Origin: Dehalococcoidia bacterium
Lineage (GTDB): Bacteria > Chloroflexota > Dehalococcoidia > Lucifugimonadales > CAJWER01
Length of the DNA stretch: 64,000 bases
Reading direction: 5' to 3'
Assembly (NCBI GenBank): GCA_963666125.1
Contig: OY762633.1
Coordinates: 56,107 to 120,106 of the forward strand
Shown here: positions 19,501 through 28,945 of the stretch, piece by piece
Layout: every line of letters begins with the position of its first letter
Position numbering within the stretch: the first letter of the stretch is position 1
Notes under the pieces: generated by a model
Told to the model about the DNA's origin: nothing
Seen by the model: the letters and a program-made list of their open reading frames with translations, nothing else
The model's database searches: none
Translations under genes and position numbers: made by a program

Positions 19501-22312
19501 GGCCACTCCTACACCCACACCTACGGCCACTCCTACACCCACGCCTACACCGACGCCAACGCCAACTCATACGCCGACGCCAACGCCAACCCATACGCCG
19601 ACGCCAACGCCAACCCATACGCCGACGCCAACGCCAACCCATACGCCGACGCCAACGCCAACCCATACGCCGACGCCAACGCCAACCCATACGCCGACGC
19701 CAACGCCAACCCATACGCCGACGCCAACGCCAACCCATACGCCAACGCCAACGCCAACCCATACGCCGACGCCGACGCCAACCCATACGCCGACGCCGAC
19801 GCCAACCCATACGCCGACGCCGACGCCAACCCATACGCCGACGCCAACGCCAACCCATACGCCGACGCTGACACCGACGCCGACGCCGACGCCTACGCCT
19901 ACACCCACGCCTACGCCGACGGCCACACCGACAACGACACCGACGCCCACGGCCATCCCGACACCCACACCCACGCCTACGCCGACTCCAACGGCCACGC
20001 CGCCACCGACGCCCACCTCGCCACCAGCGCCAATCGAGGGCGGGGGCGAGATCGCGTTCCATGACGGTAGGGGGAGTGGCGCCGGGACCGTGCCCCTGAA
20101 CGAGCCGATCGCGTTCTACCTCCACGAGCCCGCCCTGAGCACGCCAAGATCCGGCACGGCAACCTGGACGTCCATCCCCGCCGCGGTGCCCGCGAATGAG
20201 CCTTGGAGCCTGGCGACAGGCGGTCCGCACCCATCCGTATTCGCCCTCGATACCGGCGCATTCGACAGGAACACCCCGTCAAACACGCCCCTGGCACTAA
20301 CCCCGCCGACGGCACATGTGGACGGGGTCCCACAGCTGGTCGGCAATATGTCCCAGGGAGACGGCAGCATCGCCTTGGTCTACGCCGTCGACGCGGGCAG
20401 TACGCTGGTGGTCGGATTCTCGTTCGACGTGGTGGACACGTACACGGCGGAGAGCCGTCGTGTGAAGGTGACCAGCACGTCCGATGGAGGTGGCGAGTGG
20501 ATCGCCTTCTCCGAGGTGGCGGGCACGGATGGCGCTGCGCCCCACGCTACTTCCGGCATATTTCGCGGCGGCGTCACGCCGAGCACGGATCTGGCCGCCT
20601 CCGCCCCTGGGGACGACAGGGTGTGGGTGAGGGGAGGAGACGAGTTGACGGTCGCCTATTACGGAGATGGTGGGGCCAGGCTGTACTCCGATACGATCAC
20701 CGTCGGCGTGCGACTCCCGACGGCCACACCCACACCCACGCCAACGCCGACTCCGACACCCACGCCCAGTGGCGACATCGCGTTCCACGGCGGTAGGGGG
20801 ACTGTGCCCCTGAACGAGCCGGTCGAGTTTTATCTCCGCGAGCCCGCCCTGAGCCCGTTGAGGTCCGGCACGGCAACCTGGACGGCCATCCCCGCCGCGG
20901 TGCCCGCGAATACGCCCTGGAGCCTGGTCACAGGCGATCCGCACCCGTCCGTATTCGACTCCGATGCAGGCGTATTCGACAGGGACACTCCGTCGAACAC
21001 GCCCCTGTCACTGACCTCCCCGCCGACGGCACATGTGGGCGGGACCCCACATCTGGTTGGTAATCTGTCCCAGGGAGACGGCAGCATCGCCTTGCTCAAC
21101 GATGTCGACGCGGGTAGCACGCTGGTGGTCGAATTCTCCTTCGACGTCTTGGACGCGTACACGGCGGAGAGCCGTCGTGTGAAGGTGACCAGCACGTCCG
21201 ATGCGGATGGCGAGTGGATCGCCGTCTCCGAGGTGGCGCGCACGGACAGCGCTCTGCCTGATCCATCTTCCGGCATATTCCGGGGCAGCGTTACGCCGAG
21301 CACGGATCCGGATTCCGCCTCCCCTGGAGACGACGCGGTGTGGGTGAAGGGAGGCGACGAGTTGACGGTCGCCTATTACGGAGATGGTGGAGCCAGGCTG
21401 TACTCCGACACGATCATCGTCGGGAGGCGCAAGCCCACACCCACGCCCACGCCCACACCGACACCCACACCTACGCCAACACCGACACCCACACCTACGC
21501 CAACACCGACACCCACACCTACGTCCACGCCGACGCCGGACAGTACGACCACGCCAACGCCGACTCCGACGGGCACAGCCACCTCTACGCCTACGAGCAT
21601 TCCCACTCAGGCGCCTGTCCCACCCATCGTGATCATCTTGCCCACGCCTACGTTTACGCCCAAGCCCACACCGTCACCGACCGGTACGCCCACGCCAACA
21701 GCAACTCCGACGCCGACTCCCACGCCTACGCCGACCAGTACGCCAACGGCAACGCCGGCGAGCACGCCCACGCCGACTCCCACGCCTACGCCGACCAGTA
21801 CGCCAACGGCAACGCCGACGAGCACGCCCACGCCGACACCGACAGCCACGTTTACGCCGACGCCGACGAGCACGCCTACACCGACACCAACGAGCACGCC
21901 CATACCGACGCCCACGAGCACGCCGACTCCCACGCCTACGCCGACCAGTACGCCAACGGCAACGCCGACGAGCACGCCCGCGCCGACACCAACGCCCACG
22001 CCGACGCCGACGAGCACGCCCACGCCGACGCCGACGAGCACACCCACGTCGACGCCGACAAGCACACCCACGTCGACACCAACGCCCACGCCCACGCCAA
22101 CCAGTACGCCCGCTCCCCAACTGGTTTCGGTGGCAGCGCCTGCCGTCTCTCCGATGCCGTTACTGGCTGCGCCTATCGTCGATACGGGTAGGGAATCGAA
22201 CGGTGGCGAAGGAGCATGGCACGAGAGCTGGACGCTTGCTTTGGGCGCGTTCGTGGCAGCCTCCCTCGCCGTGTCGCTCCTGGGCCGCCGCCAAGAAGAA
22301 TCGACGATATAG
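16580..22312 (+). CDS. Giant secreted, membrane-anchored surface protein: 3 x (FN3 + Calx-beta-like) modules, 2 x unknown ~220-aa domain, very long (Thr-Pro)n linkers
   Basis: 1910 aa with an N-terminal signal-like hydrophobic segment. FN3-like units carry ITGYDVR...YEAQVRSVN. Calx-beta-like units carry [25 protein letters not shown]. The C-terminus has a TM helix plus a basic stop-transfer ([20 protein letters not shown]). Confidence 0.8.
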   Translation: MSSCIRALWSATSILPLVLAAGVLLWGGRCLLSAQASEPPPAPTPDFSFRKGDSPASKLYLYWAEPTSLPGGVSPITGYDVRYREQTTPGSDWTELLGVTTTVDGLRLKTPITGLESNTWYEAQVRSVNADGHSGWVPEAPVQAKTALAQLTVAFSAASYSVAEGASVEIAVDVSPAADRDDDVTVNVSGDGVTVSGLGNNGTLSITRGSDQATFTVTGVEDDDLDNATVDLRLEKSSKRITLGDPYTASVTVVDGAPTPTPTPTPTPTPTPTPTPTPTPTPTPTPTPTPTPTPTPTPTPTPTPTPTPTPTPTPTPTSTPTPTPTPTPTPTPAPPPAPTPDSFRTDPEDSPTSKLYLYWFAPTPLPKGVSPITGYDVRHRERTSPESDWTEHLGVTTIVDGQRLKAAITGLESNTPYEAQVRSVNKDGSSGWVPEKPRQAKTVAAQLTVSFSAVSYSVDEGSSVTITVAVSPAADRDDEVEVVVSGDGVTVSGLDDDDMLKIPRGSESVTFTVTGTEDVDSTNALVDLSLNVSGKITAGEPRTASVTVVDNTPTPTPTPTFTPTPTPTPTPTPTPTPTPTPTPTPTPTPTPTPTPTPTPTPTPTPTPTPTPTPTPTPTHTPTPTPTPTPTHTPTPTPTPTPTPTPTPTPTPTPTPTPTPTPTPTPTATPTPTPTATPTPTPTPTPTATPTPTPTPTPTPTPTPTPTPTPTPTPTPTPTPTPTPTPTPTPTPTATPTPTPTSTATPTPTPAPPPAPTPDSFRTDPEDSPTSKLYLYWHEPMPLPKGVSPITGYDVRHRERTPESDWTQLLGVTTIVDGQRLKAAITDLASNTPYEAQVRSVNDVGSSAWVPEMPVQAKTVAAQLTVSFGAGSYSVDEGSSVMITVLVSPAADRNDDVTVTVSGDGVTVSGLGDDGALSIARGSDRATFTVTGVEDADTDDARVDLSLNVSGKITAGDPSTASVTVVDNTPTPTPTATPTPTPTATPTPTPTPTPTPTHTPTPTPTHTPTPTPTHTPTPTPTHTPTPTPTHTPTPTPTHTPTPTPTHTPTPTPTHTPTPTPTHTPTPTPTHTPTPTPTHTPTPTPTHTPTPTPTHTPTLTPTPTPTPTPTPTPTPTATPTTTPTPTAIPTPTPTPTPTPTATPPPTPTSPPAPIEGGGEIAFHDGRGSGAGTVPLNEPIAFYLHEPALSTPRSGTATWTSIPAAVPANEPWSLATGGPHPSVFALDTGAFDRNTPSNTPLALTPPTAHVDGVPQLVGNMSQGDGSIALVYAVDAGSTLVVGFSFDVVDTYTAESRRVKVTSTSDGGGEWIAFSEVAGTDGAAPHATSGIFRGGVTPSTDLAASAPGDDRVWVRGGDELTVAYYGDGGARLYSDTITVGVRLPTATPTPTPTPTPTPTPSGDIAFHGGRGTVPLNEPVEFYLREPALSPLRSGTATWTAIPAAVPANTPWSLVTGDPHPSVFDSDAGVFDRDTPSNTPLSLTSPPTAHVGGTPHLVGNLSQGDGSIALLNDVDAGSTLVVEFSFDVLDAYTAESRRVKVTSTSDADGEWIAVSEVARTDSALPDPSSGIFRGSVTPSTDPDSASPGDDAVWVKGGDELTVAYYGDGGARLYSDTIIVGRRKPTPTPTPTPTPTPTPTPTPTPTPTPTPTPTSTPTPDSTTTPTPTPTGTATSTPTSIPTQAPVPPIVIILPTPTFTPKPTPSPTGTPTPTATPTPTPTPTPTSTPTATPASTPTPTPTPTPTSTPTATPTSTPTPTPTATFTPTPTSTPTPTPTSTPIPTPTSTPTPTPTPTSTPTATPTSTPAPTPTPTPTPTSTPTPTPTSTPTSTPTSTPTSTPTPTPTPTSTPAPQLVSVAAPAVSPMPLLAAPIVDTGRESNGGEGAWHESWTLALGAFVAASLAVSLLGRRQEESTI
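19555..19870 (+). repeat. 24-bp tandem repeat, about 13 units, encoding (TPTPTPTH)n inside the giant gene
   Basis: Units of acgccaacccatacgccgacgcca repeat almost perfectly. I count 13 His residues at an 8-residue period in the translation. Confidence 0.9.
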
Positions 22313-22353
22313 CTTGCCCTCTTCGCCCGGTACCCCTACAATGGATAGTCAAC

Positions 22354-22429
22354 CGGGGTGTGGCGCAGTCGGAAGCGCGCGTCGTTCGGGACGACGAGGT
22401 CGCTGGTTCAAGTCCAGTCACCCCGACCA
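22354..22429 (+). tRNA. tRNA-Pro (anticodon CGG), CCA encoded
   Basis: Manual cloverleaf: acceptor CGGGGTG/CACCCCG, D stem GCGC/GCGC, anticodon stem CGTCG/CGACG with loop TTCGGGA, T arm GCTGG-TTCAAGT-CCAGT, discriminator A, then CCA. Confidence 0.9.
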
Positions 22430-22458
22430 CCACTTGACGACCGACCCTGATTGTCGAG

Positions 22459-23355
22459 GTGCGGCCCGGCGTGACAGGACGAATCGAGCTTGGGGCGATA
22501 TTCCCCCAGACCGAGATAGGCTCCGATCCCGTGGCGGTGAGGGACTACGCCCAGGCCGCCGAGTCCCTTGGATATGACTACATCCTCGCGTTCGACCACG
22601 TATTGGGCGCGAATCCCGCGAGCCGCCCCGGCTGGCGCGGCGTCTACAGCCACGAGGACGCGTTTCACGAGCCCTTCGTCCTCTTCGGTTACCTGGCTGC
22701 GGCGACCGAGCGCATCGGCCTGGCGACTGGCATCATAATACTCCCGCAGAGACAGGCCGTGCTGGTCGCGAAGCAGGCTGCCGAGGTCGACGTACTGAGC
22801 GGCGGGCGGCTGAGGCTCGGAATCGGCATCGGCTGGAACGAGGTCGAGTACGAGGCGCTCGGCGAGGACTTCGGTAACCGCGGCAGGCGCTCCGAGGAGC
22901 AGATCGAGCTCATGCGCGCCCTGTGGACCAGCGAGCTAGTCACCTTTGATGGGCGGTGGCACAGGGTCACGGATGCCGGCATAAACCCCATGCCGGTGCA
23001 GCGTCCAATCCCCATCTGGTTCGGCGGCAGCGACGACCGGGTGCTCCGCAGGATAGCCCGGATGGGCGACGGCTGGATATCCAACCTCCGCCAGCCCGAC
23101 GACACGGCGCGGCGAATAGTCGACACCCTGCGCGGGTACGTGGCCGACGCCGGCAGGTCTGCCGACGAGATCGGCGTCGAGGGCTGGACGTCGATGCGCG
23201 GCGGCGACCCGGCTGAGTCCGTCCGGGCGTGGGCCGAGGCCGGCGCAACCCACGTCTCCGTGAACACCATGAGGGCCGGCCTCGGCTCGCCCCAGGACCA
23301 CGTCGACGCCATCCGCAGATTCATGGACGCGGCCGGAGCCGTACGGGATTCCTAA
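22459..23355 (+). CDS. LLM-class (luciferase-like) flavin/F420-dependent oxidoreductase
   Basis: 298 aa. ...DHVLG..., GIIILPQR and GGRLRLGIGIGWNEVEYEALG are typical of the LLM family. The stop overlaps the gcvT start (TAATG). Confidence 0.75.
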   Translation: MRPGVTGRIELGAIFPQTEIGSDPVAVRDYAQAAESLGYDYILAFDHVLGANPASRPGWRGVYSHEDAFHEPFVLFGYLAAATERIGLATGIIILPQRQAVLVAKQAAEVDVLSGGRLRLGIGIGWNEVEYEALGEDFGNRGRRSEEQIELMRALWTSELVTFDGRWHRVTDAGINPMPVQRPIPIWFGGSDDRVLRRIARMGDGWISNLRQPDDTARRIVDTLRGYVADAGRSADEIGVEGWTSMRGGDPAESVRAWAEAGATHVSVNTMRAGLGSPQDHVDAIRRFMDAAGAVRDS

Positions 23356-24464
23356 TGGGCCTGAGGCGGACGCCGCTATACGACCTTCACGTATCCCTCG
23401 GCGGGCGCATGGTGCCCTTCGCCGGGTGGGACATGCCCGTGCAGTACTCCGGCATCCTGGACGAGGCCCGCGCCGTCAGGTCCGGGGCCGGTGTGTTCGA
23501 CGTCTCCCACATGGGCCGGATGATAATACGCGGCCCCGATGCCGCCGCTCTCCTTAACAGGGTGCTTAGCCCGGACGTCCCCAATCTGAGGATAAGAAGG
23601 GCAAGGTACGGCCTCATCTGCAACGAGGAGGGGGGCATCATTGACGACGCAATCGTCTACCGTCTCGGCAGAGAGCGGTACATGCTCGTCCCCAATGCCT
23701 CCAACGCCGACGCAGTCGCCGAATGGGTCGAACGGTGGCGCAGGCCGACTGACGGCGTCGAAGTCGAGACGGTCACCGCCGACCTCGCGATGATCGCCCA
23801 CCAGGGCCCCGCGGCCCAGATGATGCTGCTGACCCTGACCGACTACGACGTCTCGGCTCTCAGGCTCTTCCGCACGGTCGAGACCGAGGTCGCGGGCGCC
23901 AGCGCCATCGTGGCCCGCACCGGCTACACCGGCGAGGACGGGTTCGAGATCATGGTCCCGTCCTCCGATGCTCCCGGGGTTTGGCAGGCCCTGTGCGACG
24001 CCGGGGCCGTTCCCTGCGGACTCGGTTCCAGGGACGTGCTGCGGCTCGAGGCCGGGCTTCCCCTTCACGGCAACGACATCGACGTTGGCGTCAACCCCTT
24101 CGAGGCCGGGCTGGACAGGTTCGTCCATCTCGACCGCGAGGAGTACGTGGCCAGGGACGCCTTGGTGCGCATCCGCGACGAGGGCCCGGCCCGCAGGCTC
24201 ATCGGGTTCAAGATGGTGGGTCGGGGAATCGCCAGGCACGGCCACGACCTCTACTCGGGGGGCGAGCGTGCAGGCCGCGTTACCAGCGGAAGCTACTCCC
24301 CCACGCTTGACATGGCTATAGGCATGGGCTATGTTCGGGAGGAATTTTCGGGCCTTGGGACGCCCCTGCAGGTGGACATCCGCGGCCGCATGGTGGATGC
24401 CGAGGTGGAGCTGCTCCCCTTCTACGCCGAGCGGCAGGTTCCCATACTGGCGCCCATTGGCTGA
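23355..24464 (+). CDS. gcvT: Glycine cleavage system T protein (aminomethyltransferase)
   Basis: Start at MGLRRTPLYDLHVSLGGRMVPFAGWDMPVQY, the canonical GcvT N-terminus. The longer track ORF starts inside the upstream gene. Confidence 0.9.
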   Translation: MGLRRTPLYDLHVSLGGRMVPFAGWDMPVQYSGILDEARAVRSGAGVFDVSHMGRMIIRGPDAAALLNRVLSPDVPNLRIRRARYGLICNEEGGIIDDAIVYRLGRERYMLVPNASNADAVAEWVERWRRPTDGVEVETVTADLAMIAHQGPAAQMMLLTLTDYDVSALRLFRTVETEVAGASAIVARTGYTGEDGFEIMVPSSDAPGVWQALCDAGAVPCGLGSRDVLRLEAGLPLHGNDIDVGVNPFEAGLDRFVHLDREEYVARDALVRIRDEGPARRLIGFKMVGRGIARHGHDLYSGGERAGRVTSGSYSPTLDMAIGMGYVREEFSGLGTPLQVDIRGRMVDAEVELLPFYAERQVPILAPIG

Positions 24465-24506
24465 CCCGATACTGTCGAATCGTGGCGGGGCCGGGTCCTC
24501 GCCCGC

Positions 24507-24911
24507 ATGGAGTACGAACGCATGACGAGCCCTGCCGACCGAAGCTACATCAAGGATCACGACTGGGTACAGGTTGGAGCCGATGGCATAGCCATATTCG
24601 GCATCACCGACTACGCCCAGGACAGCCTCGGCGACGTCGTATTCGTCGAGCTTCCCGAGCCGGGCTCAGAGGTGTCCCAGTCCGAGGCATTCGGAGAGGT
24701 CGAGTCCGTCAAGGCCGTGTCCGACCTGATCGCGCCCGTCAGCGGCACCGTGGCCGAGCGCAACGAGGCCGTGGTTGACGCCCCGGAGCTGGTCAACGAC
24801 TCGCCATACGACGAGGGGTGGCTTCTCAAGGTCGAGATGACCGACCCCGAAGAGATGGACGACCTCATGTCCGCGGAGGAGTACGACTCGTTCCTCGCGT
24901 CCGAGTCCTAG
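24507..24911 (+). CDS. gcvH: Glycine cleavage system H protein
   Basis: Lipoyl-lysine motif EVESVKAVSDLIAPVSG. About 130 aa. An alternative start is at 24522. Confidence 0.9.
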   Translation: MEYERMTSPADRSYIKDHDWVQVGADGIAIFGITDYAQDSLGDVVFVELPEPGSEVSQSEAFGEVESVKAVSDLIAPVSGTVAERNEAVVDAPELVNDSPYDEGWLLKVEMTDPEEMDDLMSAEEYDSFLASES

Positions 24912-24923
24912 CAACCTCCTCCG

Positions 24924-26255
24924 ATGGACGCCAACGCCTTCACCTCCCCATACACACCCAACACCGACGAAGACCGGCGGCGGATGCTGGACGCCATCGG
25001 CGTCGACTCCGTCGACGAGCTGTTCTTGGACATACCGCCTGAGAACCGCAGCCCGGGCCTCGACCTGCCGCCGCCCGCCTCCGAGTTGGAGCTGCGCCGG
25101 GAGATCGAGGCCATGGCCGGGATGAACCTCACCCCCGGCAGCTACTCCTGCTTCCTCGGCGGCGGGTCGTACCGCCATTTCGTGCCCGCCATCGTTCGCC
25201 AGGTAGCGGGCCGCAGCGAGTTCATGACCTCGTACACCCCGTACCAGCCTGAGGTCGCACAGGGCACCCTCCAGGCCCACTACGAGTTCCAGTCCATGGT
25301 CTGCCAGCTCACGGGCATGGAGGTCGCGAACGCCGGCATGTACGACGGCTCGACTTCCCTGGCCGAGGCCGTCCTCATGGCGACCAGGGTAACGAAGCGA
25401 GACCGCGTCGCCATCCTCGACACGGTATCGCCGAACCTGCGGAGCGTCATCGAGACATACGTCGAGGCGCCAGGACTTGAGATAGACGTGGTGAGCCCCG
25501 GGGATGCGTTGCCGGACGACGCAGCCTGCCTCGTAGTCCAGCAGCCGAGCTTCTTCGGCTACCTCGAGGACATGACCGCCCTGTCCGAGGCCGCCCACTT
25601 GAAGGGCGCACTGCTGGTCGTGACCTGCGACCCACTCTCCCTGGCGATGTTCAGGCCGCCCTCCGAGTTCGACGCCGACATCGTGGTGGCGGAAGGTCAG
25701 GCCCTCGGGGTTGCCCCCACCTACGGCGGCCCGTACGTCGGCTTCTTCGCCTGCAAGCAGAAGTACATGCGCCAGATGCCGGGCCGCATCGTCGGCAGGA
25801 CGCGGGACACCAGGGGCCGGACCGGCTACGTCCTCACCATGCAGACCCGCGAGCAGCACATCAGGCGGGAGACCGCGACCTCCAACATATGCACGTCCGT
25901 CGGGCTGATCGCCCTCATGTCCACCGTGTACATGGCCGCCCAGGGCAGGCGGGGACTCAGGCACGTCGCCGAGCTCTGCTACCACAAGGCCCACTACGCC
26001 GCGTCACTCATCGCGGACATCCCGGGCTACTCCATCCCGCTGGAGGGCACCTTCTTCCGCGAGTTCGTGGTCGAGTGCCCCAGGCCGCCCTCGGAGATCA
26101 ACGAGCGGCTGATCGAGCACGGCATCATCGGAGGCCTGGACGTGAGCGATCAGATACCCAACGGCATGTTGCTCTGCTGCACCGAGGTCAACTCCCGCGA
26201 CGAGATAGAGGGTCTGGCGAAGGCCCTCGCGGAGGTCGGAGGCGCTCATGGGTAG
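24924..26255 (+). CDS. gcvPA: Glycine dehydrogenase (decarboxylating) subunit 1
   Basis: 443 aa with the typical split P-protein N-half (SFLGGGSYRHFVPA, YTPYQPEVAQGTLQ). Confidence 0.9.
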   Translation: MDANAFTSPYTPNTDEDRRRMLDAIGVDSVDELFLDIPPENRSPGLDLPPPASELELRREIEAMAGMNLTPGSYSCFLGGGSYRHFVPAIVRQVAGRSEFMTSYTPYQPEVAQGTLQAHYEFQSMVCQLTGMEVANAGMYDGSTSLAEAVLMATRVTKRDRVAILDTVSPNLRSVIETYVEAPGLEIDVVSPGDALPDDAACLVVQQPSFFGYLEDMTALSEAAHLKGALLVVTCDPLSLAMFRPPSEFDADIVVAEGQALGVAPTYGGPYVGFFACKQKYMRQMPGRIVGRTRDTRGRTGYVLTMQTREQHIRRETATSNICTSVGLIALMSTVYMAAQGRRGLRHVAELCYHKAHYAASLIADIPGYSIPLEGTFFREFVVECPRPPSEINERLIEHGIIGGLDVSDQIPNGMLLCCTEVNSRDEIEGLAKALAEVGGAHG

Positions 26256-27729
26256 CGAGATCCTCGACGACGGTCGCCGCAGGCTCCTCATGGACCGCAG
26301 CGTGCCGGGCCGCGTCGGTACGACCATGCCACCCCTCGACGTGCCCGTCCAGGAGCTGCCGCCCGGCGACGTGCTTCGCGGCGACCTCGACATGCCCGAG
26401 GTGAGCGAGGGAGAGGTCGTCCGCTACTTCTCCCAGATCAGCCAGTTCAACTTCTCCATCGACCACAACTTCTACCCCCTCGGCAGTTGTACGATGAAGT
26501 ACAACCCCAAGCTGAACGACGAGATGGCCGGGCTGCCCGGCATGGCCGAGATCCACCCCCACCAGCCGCCCGCGACCGTGCAGGGCGCGTTGAAGCTGAT
26601 GTACGAGCTCCAGGGCCTCCTCGCCGAGATCACCGGCATGGCGGGCACGAGCCTCACACCCATGGCGGGAGCGGAGGGCGAGCTGACCGGCATGCTCATG
26701 ATCAGGGCTTACCATCTCGCGCGGGGCGACACGCAGCGCACCGCCGTCCTGATCCCGGACAGTGCCCACGGCACCAACCCCGCGTCGGCTGCCATGGCCG
26801 GCTACGACGTGGTCACCATCCCGACCGATGCCAACGGGAACACCGACCTCGACGCCCTCAGGGCCGCCGCGGGAGACGACATCGCCGGGCTCATGCTCAC
26901 CCAGCCCAGCACCCTCGGCCTATTCGACACCCATATCGCCGAGGTGATACGCATTGTCCAGGACGCGGGCGGGCTACTCTACGGCGACGGCGCGAACCTC
27001 AACGCGCTCCTCGGCCGGGTCAAGCCGGGAGACCTGGGCTTCGACGTCGTCCACTCCAACCTGCACAAGACCTTCACCCAGCCCCACGGCGGCGGCGGCC
27101 CCGGCGCTGGCGCGGTCATGGTCAACGAGCGGCTCGTTCCCTTCCTGCCGACCCCCGTGGTCGAGCGCAGGATTGACGAGGACGGGAGCGAGAGCTACGA
27201 GCTTGCGTCTCCGCCCCAGACCATCGGCAAGATGGGCGCGTTCCAGGGCAACTTCGGCGCGCTGGTGCGGGCCTACTCCTACATCAGGACCCTGGGTAAG
27301 GAGGGCGTCGCTGCCATCAGCGAGGACGCCGTGATCAACGCGAACTACGTGCTCAGCCGGCTCAGGGACTGCTACGATCTGCCATACGACCGCACCTGCA
27401 TGCACGAGGTCGTCTTCTCGGCCCGCAGCCTCAAGAGGGAGCACGGCGTGTCGGCCTTGGACGTGGCCAAGCGCCTCATCGACTACGGCATCCACCCGCC
27501 CACCATGTACTTCCCACTCGTCGTCGAAGAGGCATTGATGATCGAGCCCACCGAGACCGAGTCGAAGGAGACCCTCGACCACTTCATCGAGGTCATGCGC
27601 ACCATAGCGGGGGAGGCGAAGGACGATCCCGCGCTGCTCCATGATGCCCCTCACGACATGCCCAACACGCGCCTCGACGAGGCCGGAGCCGCCCGCCGTC
27701 CCGATCTCCGCTGGCGCCCCTCGGAGTAG
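26248..27729 (+). CDS. gcvPB: Glycine dehydrogenase (decarboxylating) subunit 2
   Basis: 493 aa with the PLP-lysine region HSNLHKTF. Overlaps gcvPA by 8 nt. Confidence 0.9.
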   Translation: MGSEILDDGRRRLLMDRSVPGRVGTTMPPLDVPVQELPPGDVLRGDLDMPEVSEGEVVRYFSQISQFNFSIDHNFYPLGSCTMKYNPKLNDEMAGLPGMAEIHPHQPPATVQGALKLMYELQGLLAEITGMAGTSLTPMAGAEGELTGMLMIRAYHLARGDTQRTAVLIPDSAHGTNPASAAMAGYDVVTIPTDANGNTDLDALRAAAGDDIAGLMLTQPSTLGLFDTHIAEVIRIVQDAGGLLYGDGANLNALLGRVKPGDLGFDVVHSNLHKTFTQPHGGGGPGAGAVMVNERLVPFLPTPVVERRIDEDGSESYELASPPQTIGKMGAFQGNFGALVRAYSYIRTLGKEGVAAISEDAVINANYVLSRLRDCYDLPYDRTCMHEVVFSARSLKREHGVSALDVAKRLIDYGIHPPTMYFPLVVEEALMIEPTETESKETLDHFIEVMRTIAGEAKDDPALLHDAPHDMPNTRLDEAGAARRPDLRWRPSE

Positions 27730-27753
27730 CCGCCTACGCCCGCCAAAGATCGT

Positions 27754-28857
27754 ATGGACGTGACCGCCCCGGGCAAGCCGAACTGGAAAAACCGCACCCT
27801 CTGGACCGGCGACAACCTCCACGTCATGCGGGGCATGAACTCCGCCAGCGTCGATCTCATCTACCTCGACCCGCCCTTCAACTCCAACAGGACCTACAGC
27901 GCTCCCATCGATTCCCCGGCCGCGGGCGCATCGTTCGAGGACACCTGGACTTCGTCCGACATCGACCCCACTTGGTACAGCGAGATCACTGACCGCGAGC
28001 CCACGCTCAGTGTCGTGATCGACGCGGTCGGCCAGGCGCACGGGGAGTCCATGAAGTCGTACCTCGTGATGATGGCCGTCAGGCTGCTGGAGATGCTGAG
28101 GCTGCTGCGCGACACCGGCAGCATCTACCTCCACTGCGACCCCACCGCGAGCCACTACCTGAAGATCGTGATGGACTGCGTGTTTGGGAAGGACCAGTTC
28201 CGCAACGAGATTGTCTGGCACTACGGCAAGATGTCCAACCCCGCCAGGAGCTTCCCCCGCAACCACGACACCATCCTGCGCTACACCAGGACCGACGACT
28301 TCGTCTTCCGCACGGTGAAGGGCGCGGAGTCCGAGTACCGGACGCGTTTTGCAAAATACCTCACCGGGAACAGGGTGCTGTACGGCTCCGTGAAGGAGTC
28401 GAGGGACAAGCTCATCCTGCGCAGGGTGGAGCGGCTCGCCAGGGAGCTTGGCCGCGACCTTCGAGACGACGACGTGCTGTTCGATTTCGACCACGAGTTC
28501 AAGGTACAGTCGGATGTGGTGTACGTCCCCATTATCAAGGGCAACTCCTCCGAGCGGATGGGGTACCCTACCCAGAAGCCGCTGGCGCTGCTGGACAAGA
28601 TCATCGAGTCGTCCACCAACGAGGGCGACGTGGTCCTCGACCCGTTCTGCGGGTGCGCCACGGCCTGCATCGCCGCCGAGCGCCTCGGCAGGCAGTGGGC
28701 AGGCATCGACGTATCGCCCCTAGCCGCCAGGCTGGCCGAACGCCGCTTCAACGACTCCTTCGGCCCCGAGCGCCGCGTCGAGCACAGAAACGACATCCCA
28801 AATAGGACCGACCGTGAATACCACGCCGTAGGACCGACCTTGAGTACCACGTCGTAG
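27754..28857 (+). CDS. Site-specific DNA methyltransferase, beta-class N6_N4 family (DPPF motif, probable N6-adenine)
   Basis: Motif IV LIYLDPPFNS lies near the N-terminus and motif I VLDPFCGCATACIAAERLGRQWAGIDVS near the C-terminus (beta order). No nuclease-like neighbour. The last ~15 codons run into a tandem repeat. Confidence 0.8.
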   Translation: MDVTAPGKPNWKNRTLWTGDNLHVMRGMNSASVDLIYLDPPFNSNRTYSAPIDSPAAGASFEDTWTSSDIDPTWYSEITDREPTLSVVIDAVGQAHGESMKSYLVMMAVRLLEMLRLLRDTGSIYLHCDPTASHYLKIVMDCVFGKDQFRNEIVWHYGKMSNPARSFPRNHDTILRYTRTDDFVFRTVKGAESEYRTRFAKYLTGNRVLYGSVKESRDKLILRRVERLARELGRDLRDDDVLFDFDHEFKVQSDVVYVPIIKGNSSERMGYPTQKPLALLDKIIESSTNEGDVVLDPFCGCATACIAAERLGRQWAGIDVSPLAARLAERRFNDSFGPERRVEHRNDIPNRTDREYHAVGPTLSTTS

Positions 28858-28889
28858 GACCACCTTGAATACCACGTCGTAGGGGCGGG
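28814..28889 (+). repeat. Three tandem ~25-bp units (ttgaRtaccacgYcgtagg...) spanning the methyltransferase stop codon
   Basis: The units gtgaataccacgccgtaggaccgacc / ttgagtaccacgtcgtaggaccacc / ttgaataccacgtcgtaggggcggg are read directly. The last unit merges into a family B hairpin. Confidence 0.8.
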
Positions 28890-28908
28890 TTTGAAACCCG
28901 CCCTCCCC
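28878..28908 (-). repeat. Dispersed hairpin repeat family B (cgtaggggcgggtttgaaacccgccctcccc)
   Basis: Stem ggcgggt/acccgcc. Other copies at 29397..29427, 33449..33480, 39849..39880, 40404..40436 and 40597..40629. Confidence 0.85.
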
Positions 28909-28945
28909 GGTCACAATCACAGCAAATTGCCGTAAGGAGGCAGAC

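Noticed and set aside
17212-22120. Minus-strand and off-frame ORFs encoding (GV)n, (RRW/RRC)n or (HADA)n, for example 17701..18891, 18032..19000, 19328..20230, 19567..20016, 21340..22191 and 21607..22095.
   Set aside because: They are alternative-frame readings of the (ACN CCN)n Thr-Pro linker DNA of the giant plus-strand gene. That gene alone has a signal sequence, folded domains and a membrane anchor.
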